Shown: positions 27,700-41,509 of the stretch, piece after piece
Layout: every line of letters begins with the position of its first letter
How positions within the stretch are numbered: position 1 is the stretch's first letter
Assembly: GCF_044704955.1 (NCBI RefSeq)
Contig: NW_027253959.1
Coordinates: 496,001-560,000, forward strand
Source of the DNA: Pristiophorus japonicus
Lineage: Eukaryota
Length of the DNA stretch: 64,000 nucleotides
Reading direction: 5' to 3'
Notes under the pieces: model-generated
Seen by the model: only the letters and a program-made list of their open reading frames with translations
Databases searched by the model: none
Told to the model about the DNA's origin: nothing
Position numbers and translations under genes: made by a program

Positions 27700-29628
27700 A
27701 TGGTCAAGTGCAGAAATAACTGAGACATGGTCTTTTGTATAATAAATAGAGTCAGGGTCCAGTGCAGTTATATTTTAGACAAAATCGAGAGTAAGATGAA
27801 GTGGGACAGGATATAGTGTAATATATTTCAGGCGTAGTCTAGGACAGGAATAACTGAGACAGAGTCTAGTGCAATCAGACCAGGGACGGGGCGTAGTGTA
27901 ATATATTTCAGACATGATCTCCAGCAGTAATAACTGAGACAGGGTCACGTGTAACATAAACAGGGACAGGGCCTGTTGTAATGTAAACAGAAACAGGGTC
28001 GAGTGTAATATAAACAGAGACAGGGTCTAGTGTAATATAATCAGAGACAGGGTCTAGAGTAATATATACAGAGATAGGGCCTAGTGTAATATAAACAGAA
28101 ACAAGCTTTAAGTGATATATATACAGAAACAGGGTCTGGTGTAATTTAAACAGAGACAGGTTCTAGTGTAACATACAGAGAGACAGGGTCTAATTTCAAA
28201 AGGCTTTTGACAAGGTCCCACACTAGAGACTGGTGTGCAAAATCAAATCACATGATATTGGGGGTAATATACTGACGTGTATAGAAAAGTGGTTTGCAGA
28301 CAGGAAACTCTTTTGAGAAATGAAACTCTTTTGAGTTTGCAGACAGGAAGCAGAGATTCGGGATAAACAGGTGCTTTTCAGAATGGCAGGCAGTGACTAG
28401 TGGAGTGCGGCAGAGCTCAGTGCTGTGACCCCAGCTCTTTACAATATACATCAATGATTTCGATGAAGGAATTGAGTGTAATATCTGCAAGTTTGCAGAT
28501 TACACTAAACTGGGTCGCGGTGTGAGCTGTGAAGGTGACAGTAAGAGCCTACAGGGTGACTTGGACAGGTTAGGTGAGTGGGCAAATGCTAGGCAGATGC
28601 AATATAATGTGGATCAATGTGAGGTTATCCACTTTGGAGACAAAAACGTGAAGACTGAATATTATCTGAATGGCGGCAGATAAGGAAAAGGGGAGGTGCA
28701 ACGAGATCAGGGTGTCATGGTTCATCAGTCATTGAAAGTTGACATGCTGGTACAGCACGTGGTGAAGAAAGCAAATAGCGAGAGGATTTGAGTATAGGAG
28801 CAGGGAGGTCTTTCTGCAGTTGTACAGGGCCTTGGTGAGGCCTCACCTGGAATATTGTGTTCAGTTTTGGTCTCCTAACCTGAGGAAGGACATTCTTGCT
28901 ATTTGAGAGAGTGCAGCGAAAGTTCACCAGACTGATTCCCGGGATGGCAGGACTGACATATGAGGAGTAATTGGATAAACTGGGCCTTTATTCATTGGAG
29001 TTTAGAAGGATGAGATGGGTTCTCATAGAAATTTAAAAGATTCTGACCAGACGGGACACGTTAGATGTGAGTAGAATATTCCCGATGTTAGGGAAGTCGA
29101 AAACCAGAGGACAAAGTCTTAGAATAAGGGGTAGACCATTTAGGACTGAGATGAGGAGAGACTTCTTCACTCAGAGAATTGTTAACCTGTGGAATTCCCT
29201 AACGCAGAGAGTTGTTGATGCCAGTTCATTGGATATATTCAAGAGGGAATTAGATATGGTCCTTACGGTTAAGGGAATCAAGGGGGATGGAGAGAATGCA
29301 GGCAAGATTTATTGAGGGTATGATCAGCCATGATCATATTGAATGGTGGTGCAGTCTCGAAAGGCCGAATGGCCTACTCCTGCACATATTTTCTAAGTTT
29401 CTATGTTTCTTATGTAATATAAACAGAGAGAGGGTCGAGTGCAAAATAAACTCGGACAGGGTCTAATGTAATATAATCATCGACAGAGTATTTTTTTATA
29501 TAAACGGAGACAGGGTCCAGTGTAATATAAACAGAGACAGGGTCTAGTTTAACATAAACAGAGACAGGGCCTAGTTTAATATAAAAAGATTGCTTGTCTA
29601 GTGAAATAATAACTGTGACAGGATCGAA
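27700..29628 (+). repeat. 27-bp satellite array interrupted by a + strand CR1 (28190-29410)
   Basis: Same monomer as 4780-6515; the CR1 has AFDKVPH and a (ttctatgt)n tail. Confidence 0.9.
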
Positions 29629-32600
29629 TGCTAGAACCTCCACTTTTATGCTTATCACCCGAAAATGGGCATTATGTCCCATGTGGGCATTAAAAAATGG
29701 TTTCCAGATCGCCGGCTTCTCACCTGTTCGCAAAACAACTAGTTTCCATTTTTGAAAATGGCGTTACTGCGAGCGATATCAAATGGGCGGTAACATTAAA
29801 TTATTTTGTCCTTCTGCCGTAAAGTGTGGCCATCCTTAAAAACAGCATGGCAACGCTCGATTCCCACGATTCAGGAGGTCAAGGTCATCATGACATGCGC
29901 AGAAGTAGAGACAGAGAGAGAGGGAGCTCAGAGGGACTGAAAGTGTGTGTGGCTGTGGTCTGTGCTTGTCTGGCTGTTGTGGAGATTCACTATTAGCAAA
30001 AAGCCTGCTAAGCACCAAGAATATAGTTGGCACCGAGTCTTTGTCCAAAAAATAATGTACAATATGGAAGGGATGGAGGAGGCCCTCGAGCTGGTAGCCA
30101 GCAACACAGCATCGCAAAGTGCCGCACCCCCATTGCCAACCACACATGAGAGCGAGTAGCAACATGTTGCTTCTGGCTCAGAGCACATTCCCACCTCAGG
30201 ACCGTCCTCTCCCGCATCCGTCCAAACAGCGGTTCGGCCGTCACCCAGTAATGAAGCATCGCCTGAGGATCTCCTCGGCCAGGCAGCTTGAAGTCAGGAG
30301 GGGAAGGGGTGGAGGTCGGAAGGAGAAGCGGGGGTGTGGTGGGGGGAAGGGTTGCTTTGTACAAAAATACTGATGATATCAAATTAATGTTTGTTTACTT
30401 TTTTTTTAAAGGAACCTTGCAGCACATTGGCTCAGAAAGCTGCACCATTACATGCTGGTGATTACTTTAAATGAAAGGGTAAAGTCACAATTAACTTCAA
30501 TCAACTTAAACTTTAACTGTCACCAAGGTAATGCCCACCATTGATTTATGATGTGCACACCCAACAGTGTGTCAGCCTTGTAAATAACACCAACGTTCTT
30601 TCAGGCAAATCGATCATTGATGAGTTCCTGACGTAAGGCTCTTGCAGCTATGATGCCACCATGGGCCCTTTCATGCGGTCTACAGTTGGAAGGCGGAATG
30701 GTTTCAGCATCAGGCTGATTATCTGGGCCGATGTCAGCGTCCGCTTCCTCGTCCTCATCTTCCTCACTCTGGTGAGGTGGACTCTCAGACTCATCAGGCA
30801 ATTCTTGTTCCCTCCTTATATCCAAGTCATGCAGCATGGAGCACACCAACACGAATTTAGCTAATTGATCAGGGTGGTATTGGATCTCGCCTCCTGAGTG
30901 GCCCAGGCATCTAAAGTGCTGCTTCAGCGCACCAATGGTTTTCTCTACGATATTGCGAGTTTTTCTGTGGCTTTCATTGTATCACCTCTCGGATTCGGTG
31001 TGCGTGTCATCAGCCAAGTGGTGAGACCATATCCTTTGTCACCAAGCACCCAGCATTGACCTTGTAAATGATTGTTGAACAAGTCAGATACATTGCTCTC
31101 ACGCAGCATGTGAGCATCATGGATGCTGCCCGGAAATTGAGCATTCATGACTAGTGTAATTTGCTGGTGGTCCAAAACCAGTTGGACATTCAGGGAGTGG
31201 AATCCCTTGCGGTTCCTGAAAACCTCAGCATTCTTAAAAGGTGCCCACATCACGGTGTGCGTATAGTCTATTGCTCCCTGCACCTTGGGGATGTTTTCCT
31301 TTCTGGAGAATCCGAGAGCCCTCTCACTCTGTGCCTCCCATGTGATAGGGAAGCTGATCAAGTCCCTCCTGTGTGCTTACAGGCTTCCGTGACCTTCCTG
31401 TCTAATACAGCGATGTGTGGCATGCTGAGAAAGTCCGCAAATGTCTCTAACTGTGGCTTGAAAAAAACCCAAGATTTAGAACGACAGTGCTGCAGTGATT
31501 TTGACCTTGAAGGACAGTGCAGTACTGATGGTGATGACAGGCTGCAGATCTGCCCTTATCATCTGGCATACCTCAGTGATAACCTCTTTGTGGAAACATA
31601 GAATCATAGAAACATAGACACATTGAAAATATGTGGACGAGTAGGCCAATCGGCCCTTCGAGCCTGCACCACCATTCAATAATTTCATGGCTGATCATTG
31701 ACCTCAGTACCCTCTTCCTGCTTTCTCTCCATACACCTTGATCCCTTTAGCCCTGAGGGCCATATCTAACTCCCTCTTGAATATATCTAACAGACTGGCA
31801 TCAACAATTCTTTGCGGTAGAGAATGCCACAGGTTCACAATTCTCTGAGTGAAGAAGTTTCTCCTCTTCTTGATCCTAAATGGGTTACCCCTTATCCTTA
31901 GACTGTGACCTCTGGTTCTGGACTTGTCCAACATCAGGAACATTCTTCCTGCATCTAAGCTGTCCAGTCCCGTCAGAATTTGAGATCTCCTCTCAATCTT
32001 CTAAACTCCAATGAATACAGGCCCAGTCGATACAATCTCTCCTCATGTGTCTGCCCAGCCGACCTGGGAATCAGTCTGATGAATCTGCGCTGCACTCCCT
32101 CAATAGCAAGAACGTCCTTCCTCAGAGTAGGAGAACAGAAGTGAACTCAATATTCCAGGTGATGCCTCAGCAAGGCTCTGTACAACTGCAATAAGACTTC
32201 CCTGCTCCTGTACTCAAATCTCCTAGCTATGAAGGTCAACATGCCATTTGCCTTCTTCACCGTCTGCTGTACCTGCATGCCAACTTTCAATGACTGATGT
32301 ACGATGACACCTAGGTCTCGTTGCACCTCCCCTTTTCCTAAAGCGCAGTCTCTGAAGGCATGTGGTGTCGGGCAAGTCGAGGTAAGAATGCCTCTGCTTG
32401 TAATTGCGGGGGATGTAACATCTGGTCCTCCTCATCTGTCTGTCATGTCTTATATTGAACACAAAATGCAATGGAATGTTCTTTCGGCGATGTCGAGTCT
32501 ACTGCATGTAATTGGTCACCAACAGAGAGTGAGAAAGGGCAGGCACTATTGCCGTAGCTCTCTGTTGTCCACCGATTGGTCACAAACAAACAATGCCCCG

Positions 32601-33214
32601 ACGGAGACACCTCTTCAATTACAATCGGTCACAGTATGGTGAGATGTTTTTACAGATGTTCACATCAACTGCAACGACCTGCAGATTACATCCGACCTCC
32701 GTCGAAGTTGAAACACAGCAGACTTTTAAAGGACACGACATGTGATCTAGAACATGGCGTCCATAACGCTGTGATTCATTCCGCTTAGTTCCAAATTTAC
32801 TGGGCGTTTTCTTGGGAGAGCGATATTGTGAGCGATATGTGTGCGAGGTGGAGAGATTGATGCTGGACGATCTCATGGCCGCAAGTTTCGTAAATATGCT
32901 CTTTCCTACAACAAAGGGTGGGCGGGCATTAATATTGAATCTCGGCGTTAAATCAGTCTGGCAATTAACACTGGGTAATATTATGGGCGTTGAATTCTGC
33001 TGATTCAACTCAAAAAATGTGAACGGGCAGTATTATTTTTCCCGAACGTTAAGCAAATGGGGAAAGTAATGCTCGGCGATAATTTTCCGAAAAATGCCTG
33101 CCAGTTTCCATTTTATGTCAAAAAGATTGATATATGGGCATTATACGTCATTTCAGTTGTAAAATGGGCGGTAAGTGGGCGTTAAGCATGCAAAAAAAGT
33201 AGACATTCTAACCC
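29628..33214 (-). mobile_element. PIF/Harbinger DNA transposon, decayed HARBI1-like transposase ~30600-32500, degenerate TIRs
   Basis: VQGAIDYTH, NRKGFHSLNVQ, FPGSIHDA and LGDKGY motifs; left end gctagaacctccactttt vs reverse complement of right end ggttagaatgtctactttt. Confidence 0.88.
31595..32338 (-). mobile_element. CR1 3' fragment nested in the Harbinger transposase
   Basis: Transposase reads ...CLQRLRFRK | EVITEVCQMI across the insertion; catagaaacatag tail. Confidence 0.85.
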
Positions 33215-33274
33215 GTAGAGTTTTAGAAACAGAGACAGGTCTTAGTGTAATATGAACAGAGAGATGTTGCAGTT

Positions 33275-35755
33275 ATAGAATCATAGAATCGAAGAATGAT
33301 ACTGTACAGAAAGCGTACATTCAGCTCACTGGTTCCTGTGCCGGCACAAAGTTGAAACAGCAACCAATTAATCCCACTCCCCCTGCTATTTCCCAATATC
33401 CCTGCATTGTTTCCAAATCCCTTTTGAAATATATTATTGGAAATGCGTCCAGCACCCTATCAGGTAGTGTATTCCAGATCATCACATTCTGTGTATTTTT
33501 TTTCCTCATTTCGCCTCTGGCTCTTTTGCCAAGTACCTTAAATCTATGTCTTCTGGTTACAGACCCGTCAGCCACTGGAAAATAATCTTCGTAGTTACTG
33601 TTTCAGAACCCCTCACAATCTTGAACATGTTTATCAAATCTCCTTTTAAACTTCTCTACTCCAATGATAACAATCCCAATGCCCCGAAGGTCTACACGTA
33701 ACTGAAGTATTTCCTCCAAGGTACTACACTGGTAAATTCCCTCTGCACCCTTTGCAAGGCCTTACAATCTTTCCTAAAATGTGGTGCCCAGAATTAAAGA
33801 CAATACTTCTGCTGGGGTATAACCAATGTTTTACAGATGTTTAACAACAAGTTCCTTGCATTTGCACCCTATTTCTCTATTTATCAAAACGAAAGTTCGT
33901 GTATACCTTCTGCATTCCAGAGCAGAACAATTTGCTACATTAAAACATCTCTTCATCTCACCTCTGTTTTTTTTTTTGCAAATGATCTTAAATCCATGTC
34001 CTCTGGTTACCGACGCTCCTGTCAGTGTCAACAATGTCTCACTATCAACTCTATCAAATCGCTTCATAAAGGGAAGGATATAAAAGGCAGAGGCATTTAT
34101 TTCTGATTGTTGCCAGCGATTGATTTGTAAAATTTGGTTCGGATAGGGTATTAACCAATGCTGGTCGATGGAGTTAAGATAACGATGATCCGTCATCTAA
34201 TTGAATAGAGGCATCATCTCCTGCAGTACTAATTGAGAAAGGGTACCATGCAATTTAAACAGAAGAACGGTCTATTTTATTAAAAACAGAGATAAAACCG
34301 AGTGCAATATAAAGAGGTGACATCGTCTCGTGTAATAATAACTGCGACAGGGGCTCCTGTAATATAAATGGATGCATGGTGTAGATTGTAATAACTGAGA
34401 GTGTCCAGTGCATTATAAACATAGACATAGTCTATTACATTAAAACTGAAGCTAGATTTCGTGTAACATGAAGAGATACATATGCGAGTGCAGTAAAAAT
34501 GAGACAGTATCCAATCTAAGACAATATGAACAGGGGCATGTTCCAGTGTAGTAATAACTGAGACAGGGCATCGTGTAATGTAGACTGAGACAAGGCCGAG
34601 TGCAGTCTAATCAGAGACATGGTCTAGTGCAATGATAACTGAGATAGGTCCCAGTGTAATATAAAGAGATACATGTTCTCCTGCAGTACTAACAGAGAGA
34701 GCCTTGTGTAATATAAACAGAGACATGGCCCAGTGTAATATGAACAGACGGAGGGCCTACTTTAATATAACCAGTGACCAGGTCGAATGGATTAATGCAA
34801 TATTAACAGAACCAAAGTCTAGCACAGTACTAACGGAGACAGGACCGATTATAATATACCAGGGATATGTTCTAGTGCAGTAATAACTGAGACAGCATCT
34901 AGTGTAATATAAAGTGAGACATTGTCTAGTGTAATATAAACGGAGACATTATCTAGTGTAATATAAACTGAGACATTGTCTAGTGTAATATAAAAAAAGA
35001 CGTTGTCTCGTGTAATATAAACTGATACAAGGTCTATTTCAGCAAAAACTAAGACATGCCCTATAGAAGCTTTTACTGTCTGTTTATGTGTGTCGGTGTT
35101 TTCTCTCATAATCTATTTTCCCTTTATTGATCAATTGCTTGGTTTTCCTTTGCTGAATTCTAAAATCCTCCCAATCCTCAGGCTTACTACTACTTTTGGC
35201 TACATTATTAATCTCTTCCTTTGATTTAATACTATATTTAACTTCTCTTGTTATCCATGGTTGGACCAATTTTCTTGCACGATTTTTGTGCCTTAAAAAA
35301 GGTATGTTTGTCTTAACTTATGCATTAATTCTTCACATGCTATCCATTGCTTGTCTACCATCATACCTTTTAAGACAGGTTCCCAACACGCTCTCATAGC
35401 TACGTAGTTTGCTTTGTTTAGACTTAAGTCCCTAGTTTTGGGGAGAACTAAATCACTTTGAAATTTCATGTAACATTCTGTCACTTTGTGGCCACTTTTC
35501 CCGAAAGGCCCATTTTCTACAAGGTTATTAATTAATCCTTTCTGACTGCACAATACTAGATCTAATATAGCCTGTTCCCTTGTTGGTTCCTCAACATACT
35601 AATCGAGAAAACCATCTTGTATTCATTCCATGAATTCGTCCTCCACAATATTACTGCAAATTTGGTTTGCTAAGTCTATATGTAGATTGAAATCCCCCAT
35701 GATTACTGTATTACCCTTGTTACATGCACCTCTAAATTTCTGAGTAATACTGTGC
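33275..35755. mobile_element. CR1 fragments (33275-34210, 35060-35755) around a degenerate 27-bp satellite (34230-35060)
   Basis: Motif similarity to the other copies. Confidence 0.75.
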
Positions 35756-37325
35756 CCTGTCTCAGTTATTACTGCACTAGACCATGTCTTTTTTTAAATT
35801 ACACTTGGCCGTGTCTCATTTATTTCTGCACTAGAATATATTTTATTTACATTATATCCCGACCATGTATCTGTTTATATTACACAAGTACCAATCTCAA
35901 TTATTACTGAAACAGATATTTTATCTGTTTCTTTAACCCGTTTGATATTACACTGCTGGAGTACTGCACTGCATACTGTCTTTGTTTGTATTACGCTAGA
36001 CTCTGTTGCTGTTTATTTTATGCGAGAACCTATCTCAGTTATTACTGCACTAGACTATGTCTCTGTTTTTATTACATGGATCCCTGTCTCTGTTTATATT
36101 ACACTCGGCATGAAAGCATGGTACTTGCACTAAACATCCATAAGACAAAGGTCATCCACAAGTCTGACTCCACCACACTAACCCCAAGTCATCAAGATCC
36201 ACGGCGTGGCCCGGGACAACGTGGACCACTTTCCGGACTTCGGGAGCCAATTAACAACAAGGGCAAACATTGACGACGAGATTCACTACGCCTCCAGTGT
36301 GCCAGTGCAGCCTTTGGCCGCCAGAGGTAAACAGTTTTCGAAGACCAGGCCCTCAAATCTTCCACCAAGCTCATGATCTACAGGGCTGTAGTGATACCCG
36401 CCCTCCTGCATAGCTCAGATATGTGGACCATAAACAGGAGACACCTCAAATCGCTGGAGAAATAACACCAACAATTTCCCCACAAGATCCTGCAAATCCC
36501 CTGGGAGGACAGACGCATCAACATTAGCATCCTTGACCAGGCAAACATCATCAGCATCGAAGCACTGACCACACTCGACCAGCTCTGCTGGGTGTGCCCA
36601 AGTGTTGCATGCCTGACCGAAGATCCCAAAGCAAGCGCTCGACTCCAACACTGCAAGAGAGTCCAAGGTGGCAGAGGAAGCGTTTCAAGGAATCCCTCAA
36701 AGTCTCCCTGATAAAATGCAACATCCCGACCATCACCTGTGAGTCCTTGGCCAAACGCCGCCCTAAATGGAGGAAGTGCATCTGGGAGGGTGCTGAGCAC
36801 CTCGAGTCTCATCGCCGAGAGCAGGCAGAAACCAAGCACAGGCAGCAGATGGAGCGTGCGGCAAACCAGTTCCTCTCACCTTTTCGTTCAACGGCTGTCT
36901 GTTTTACCTGTCACAGAGACTGTAATTCCCATATTGGAATGTTTAGTCACCTAAGATCTCATTTTTAGAGAGGAAGCAAGTTTTCATCGATTTCAAAGGA
37001 CTGCCTATGATGAAGATGACTAGGTCCTGTCTCTTTTTATATTCCAGTGGACCATCTCTCTGTTTATAATACACTAGACCCTGTTGCTGTTTATTGTACG
37101 CTAGACCCTGCCACTGTTAATATCACACAAGACACTGTCACTGTTTATACTACACTAGTCCCTGTCTCTGTTTATATTACACTAGACGCTGTCCCTGTTT
37201 ATATTACACGATACCCTGTCCCTGTTTATATTAAAATAGACCCTGTCCCTGTTTACATTACACTAGACCCTGTCTCTGTTTATATTACACGAGACCCTGT
37301 CACTGTTTATATTGCGTAAGGTCCT
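35755..37325 (-). repeat. 27-bp satellite in inverted orientation, split by an RTE insertion
   Basis: (tagaccctgtctctgtttatattacac)n on the + strand. Confidence 0.9.
36108..37020 (+). mobile_element. 5'-truncated RTE-clade LINE
   Basis: LNIHKTKV, RKRFKESLKVSL and C-terminal CxxC...SHLRSH; tgatgaagatga tail. Confidence 0.82.
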
Positions 37326-37884
37326 GTGTCAAGTGGCCTCACAAATTAACAGAGTAATTTAAATAATTTTGAAAAACTGAAATTAGATGTACGCACTCAG
37401 CCAGTACAGCATAACATCAGCTTTTAAAAGAGAAAATAATGTAAATGATATGTTGGTTGGCAGCAGAGTACAGGTAACCAGAACTCTGGTGGCAAGCAAT
37501 ATGGGACATGCAAATAGTTACAAATCCAAAACCAAATACAAAGCAGGAGCACGGGGAAACTGACTTCATAAGCCGAAAGATTACGTGCGATCTGGCCAGT
37601 GTAATCTACGGCAATCCGATGCAAACAATGCTACATCTTGAATAGTTGGAAAAAAGGGAACTATCAAAGGACCAGGCTTGCAGGGCACCTCAGTGCCACC
37701 AGAACAGAACATGAGGACAAAGCAACCAGCAGGCATTTCATGGAACGTGGGGTTAAGTCCCACGAAATTATGGGGCTTGAAACCAAAATGAGCTGGACAA
37801 CCCCACAAAGGAAGAAGACAGAGAGAGATTCTGGGAATGAGAAACCCAGTTAACAAATTGACTCAATCAAATATAAAACGAGAA

Positions 37885-38125
37885 AAATCTGACCCCGATC
37901 CAAACTTAAAGTAACCCCCATGGAACCATGGAAAGCCTACCGTAACACTAACCCTAGCTCACAAATCCGATCCCTGATGCAAACCACAACACCAACACTA
38001 ATCCATAACACCAACCATAACCCCTACTCTAACCCTAATGACACTAACCCGAGTGACCCCAAAACTACCGACCCTAACTCTAACCTAAACCCAAAACCTA
38101 AGATACCTTCAACCATAAGCCTGAT
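37885..38125. repeat. Degenerate (CCCTAA)n-like tract
   Basis: Scattered ctaaccc / ccctaa / taaccc hexamers. Confidence 0.55.
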
Positions 38126-38199
38126 CTCGATCTTAAGCACGACTATTTTTTCAAGTAGATAAATCAAAGTTAAAGGCTCTAACACATGACTTGAAACAC

Positions 38200-40910
38200 A
38201 ATTGGATAATAGCAAGTAGAATGATACGAAAAGCAATAAGAGGCATGAGACAAATAAAATGCAGGTACCAATGAGAAAAGCCTCAAGAAATGAAAATGCA
38301 AACACAAGAGAGGACAATGACCCTATCTCCTATAAAGGAAACCATTACAGCTGTAAGGAGGGATGATATGTTGGAAGGATCATCAAATGATTCCATATAT
38401 ATTGAACGGAAGAACAAAAAAGGGACAAGCAAACAACTATAGATCCCAAAACAGTCAGAGGGAGATAGAATAGCAAATATACAACTACATTTGTGAGAAG
38501 TCCAAAAACAATAGGGAACATTAGTAGGGGGTGACAACTACCCTAGAACCCTTAAGATGGATTTCAGAAGATTTCTTTTAGACAGAACGTAGTAATGCCA
38601 ACGAGTAGTTCTGGATTTAATTTTAGGGAATGAAACTGGCCAGTTGGAAGGGGTATTATTGGGAGAGCATTTTGACTCTTTTGATCAAAATTCAGATATA
38701 ATTTGCATAGTTATGGAAAATGTAGACCAGGTGTAAATGTCGAGTGGGGAAAGGCCAATTTTAATAAGCTGAGAAGTGATTTAACAAAAGAGACGCAGAA
38801 CAGCTACTTGAAGGTAAATCAGTGTCAGAGCTTTGGGAGGCATTCAAAGCAGAGATAAGGAGGGTACAGAGCAAATATGTTCCCATAAAGAAAAGGGGTG
38901 GGACTCACAAATCCAGAACCCTTGGATGTCACGGAGCACATAGGATAGTATAAGGGAAAAAGCGAAGATTTTGTTAGGTACCGAAAACTCAATACTGCAA
39001 ACAACCTAGGGGAGTTTAGAAAGTGGAAGGCTGAAATGAAAAGGGACATTCGGAAAGCAAGGAGTGGGCATGGAAATGTTGGCAAGTAAAATCAAGGAAA
39101 ACCCAAAGCTGGTTTATAAATACATAAAACGCAAGGGAATAAATAAAGAAAGAGTAGAGATGGAAACGGTAATCTGTGTGTGGAGGCAGAAGACACTGGT
39201 ATGGTTCTCAATACATACTTTGCGTCTGTCTTCACAGACAGAAGGACAATGCAGACACTGTAGTTTATGAGGAGGAGTGTGAAATATTAGATGGGATAAA
39301 CCTAGAGACAGATGAAGAATTAAGTGGTTTAGCATCTTTAAAAATAGACAAATCACTAGTCGCGAATGTAATGTTCCACTGGCTGTTAAGCGAGGCAAGG
39401 GAGAAAAGAGCGCAGGCTCTGACCATCATTATTCAAACCTTTCTGGTTACAGGCATGGGGGCAGAGGACTGGAGGACTGCTAACATTGTGCCATTGTTTA
39501 AAGAGGGAGAAACGGATAGACCAAGTAATTGTAGGCCATTCAGCCTAACCTCGGTGGTGGGAACATTATTGGAAAATGTTCTGAGGGACTGAATAAATGT
39601 TCATTCAGAATATCACAGATTAATCAAGGACTGTTAAAATGGTTTTGTTAAAGGAATGTCATATCTGACTAAATTGGTTACATTTTATGAGGAGATAATG
39701 AGGAGGGTCGATCAGGAATCATTTGATGTAATCTACATCAAGTTCAGCAAGGCCGTTGACAAGGTCACACAAGGCAGGTTGGTCAGAAAAAGTAAAAGCC
39801 CATGGGATCCAAGGGAAACTGGCAAGTTCGATCCAAAATTGGCTCAGAGGCAGGAAGCAAAGCGGAATGGTCGATGGGTGTTTTTGTGACAGGAAGGATG
39901 TTTCCAGAGGGGTTCTGCAGGGCTCTGTATTAATTCCCTTGCTTTTTTGTTATATATCAATGATTTGGACTTGAATGTCGGGGGCATGATTAGGAAGATT
40001 GCAGATGATACAGCAATTGGCAGTGTGGTTGATATTGAGGAAGACAGCTGGAGACTACAGGAAGATATCTATGGACTGATCAAGTGGGTAGAACAGTGGC
40101 AAATGAAATTCAATCTGGAGAAGTGTGATGTACTGCAATTGAGGAGGGCTATCAAGGCAAGGTAATAGACAATAAATGATAGAACACTGAGAAATGTAGA
40201 GGGACAGAGGGACGGAGTGCATGTCCACAGATCTTTGAAGGTAGCAGGACAGGTATATAAGGTGGTTAAGAAGATATACAGGATACTTTATTTGAGTAGC
40301 CAAGGCATAGAATAAAGGAGCAGGGCGGTTATGCTTGAACTGTACAAAACACTAGTTCGGCCACAGGTAGAGTACTGCGTGCAGCCTGGCCACCACATTA
40401 AAGGAAATATGAGATTGCACTAGAGAGGGTACAAAGGAGAATAATGAGGATCTTGCCAGAACTATAGACTTTTAGCTCTGAGGATAGTTTGGTTCGGCTG
40501 GGGTTGTTTTCTTTGGAACAGAGGAGGCTGAGGGGAGATTAAATTGAGGAGTATAAGATTATGAAGTGCATTGATAGGGTGGATAGGAAGTACCTATTTC
40601 CCTCAGCAGAGAGACCAGTAAGTCGGGGACATAAAATTAATGTAATTGGTGGAAGGATTTGAGGGGAGTCGTGGAAAATTTATTTCACCCAGAGTGTGGT
40701 GGGGATTTTTGACTTACTGCCTGAAATGGTGGTCGAGGCAGAAATCCTCATCACATTTAAAAAGCACATGATTATGCATTGGAAGTGCCCTAAGCTACAA
40801 GGCTGCGGACCAAGTGCTGGAAAGTGGGATTTGGCTCGATGGCTCTTTTTTTAGCTCAGGGACGATGGGCACAATGGCCTCATTCTGTGCAATAATCCTC
40901 TCTGAATCTA
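38200..40910 (+). mobile_element. Decayed CR1 ORF2 (endonuclease + RT) with 3' end
   Basis: DWRTANIVPLFK, GVLQGSVL and IADDT motifs. Confidence 0.88.
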
Positions 40911-41280
40911 TCACAACATTTCAATATTTAATTACTATTAAAGAACCATTTAACCTTCTCTGATCTATGTAGAACAATCCCAGTTTCTCCAGTCTCCTCA
41001 TAACTGAAATACTTCACTCTGATAAATTACTGGACATTCTGCTCCACAGCATCACCAAGGCCTTGACATACTTCCCATAGTCTGGATTGGACTAAATCTA
41101 ATATTTATTTCTCCTTCTAATTCTAAGGATGAAACTCTCTTCCAATTGAACTGAGCAGTAATCTGAGTATTATTAAATATTGATTGATAGCAATGCTGTA
41201 ACTTGTTCTGAGAATGCAGACGGTGACTTATCCGCTCAGCAACAGCAACCTCTGCATGATTCCTGTTTCAATATGATCAC

Positions 41281-41315
41281 TGTCGCCACCTACTGGTGAT
41301 AACCATCTACTGCAA
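41281..41315 (-). promoter_or_regulatory. CTCF-like site (minus strand TGCAGTAGA-6 nt-TCACCAGTAGGTGGCGACA)
   Basis: Match by eye to the CTCF core plus upstream TGCAG motif at the usual 5-6 bp spacing; binding untested. Confidence 0.55.
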
Positions 41316-41509
41316 GCGCCAGAGTTTTTTCAACATGATTATTTAATTCCACACACAACATCTTGCATTTTCCCAGTGACGTCACCCAGAGGTATTTCTG
41401 AGAGCAAACCACGAGAGAGCCAAGATATCAGGTGGAGTTAAGGGAGAAAGGATCCAATTACTGCTGCAAATTCTGAGAAGATTTACTTGGGCAGATGTGA
41501 AGTGATATA

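Noticed and set aside
30601-32471. Domesticated HARBI1 gene
   Set aside because: Frameshifted, interrupted by CR1 and enclosed by TIRs: a dead transposon.
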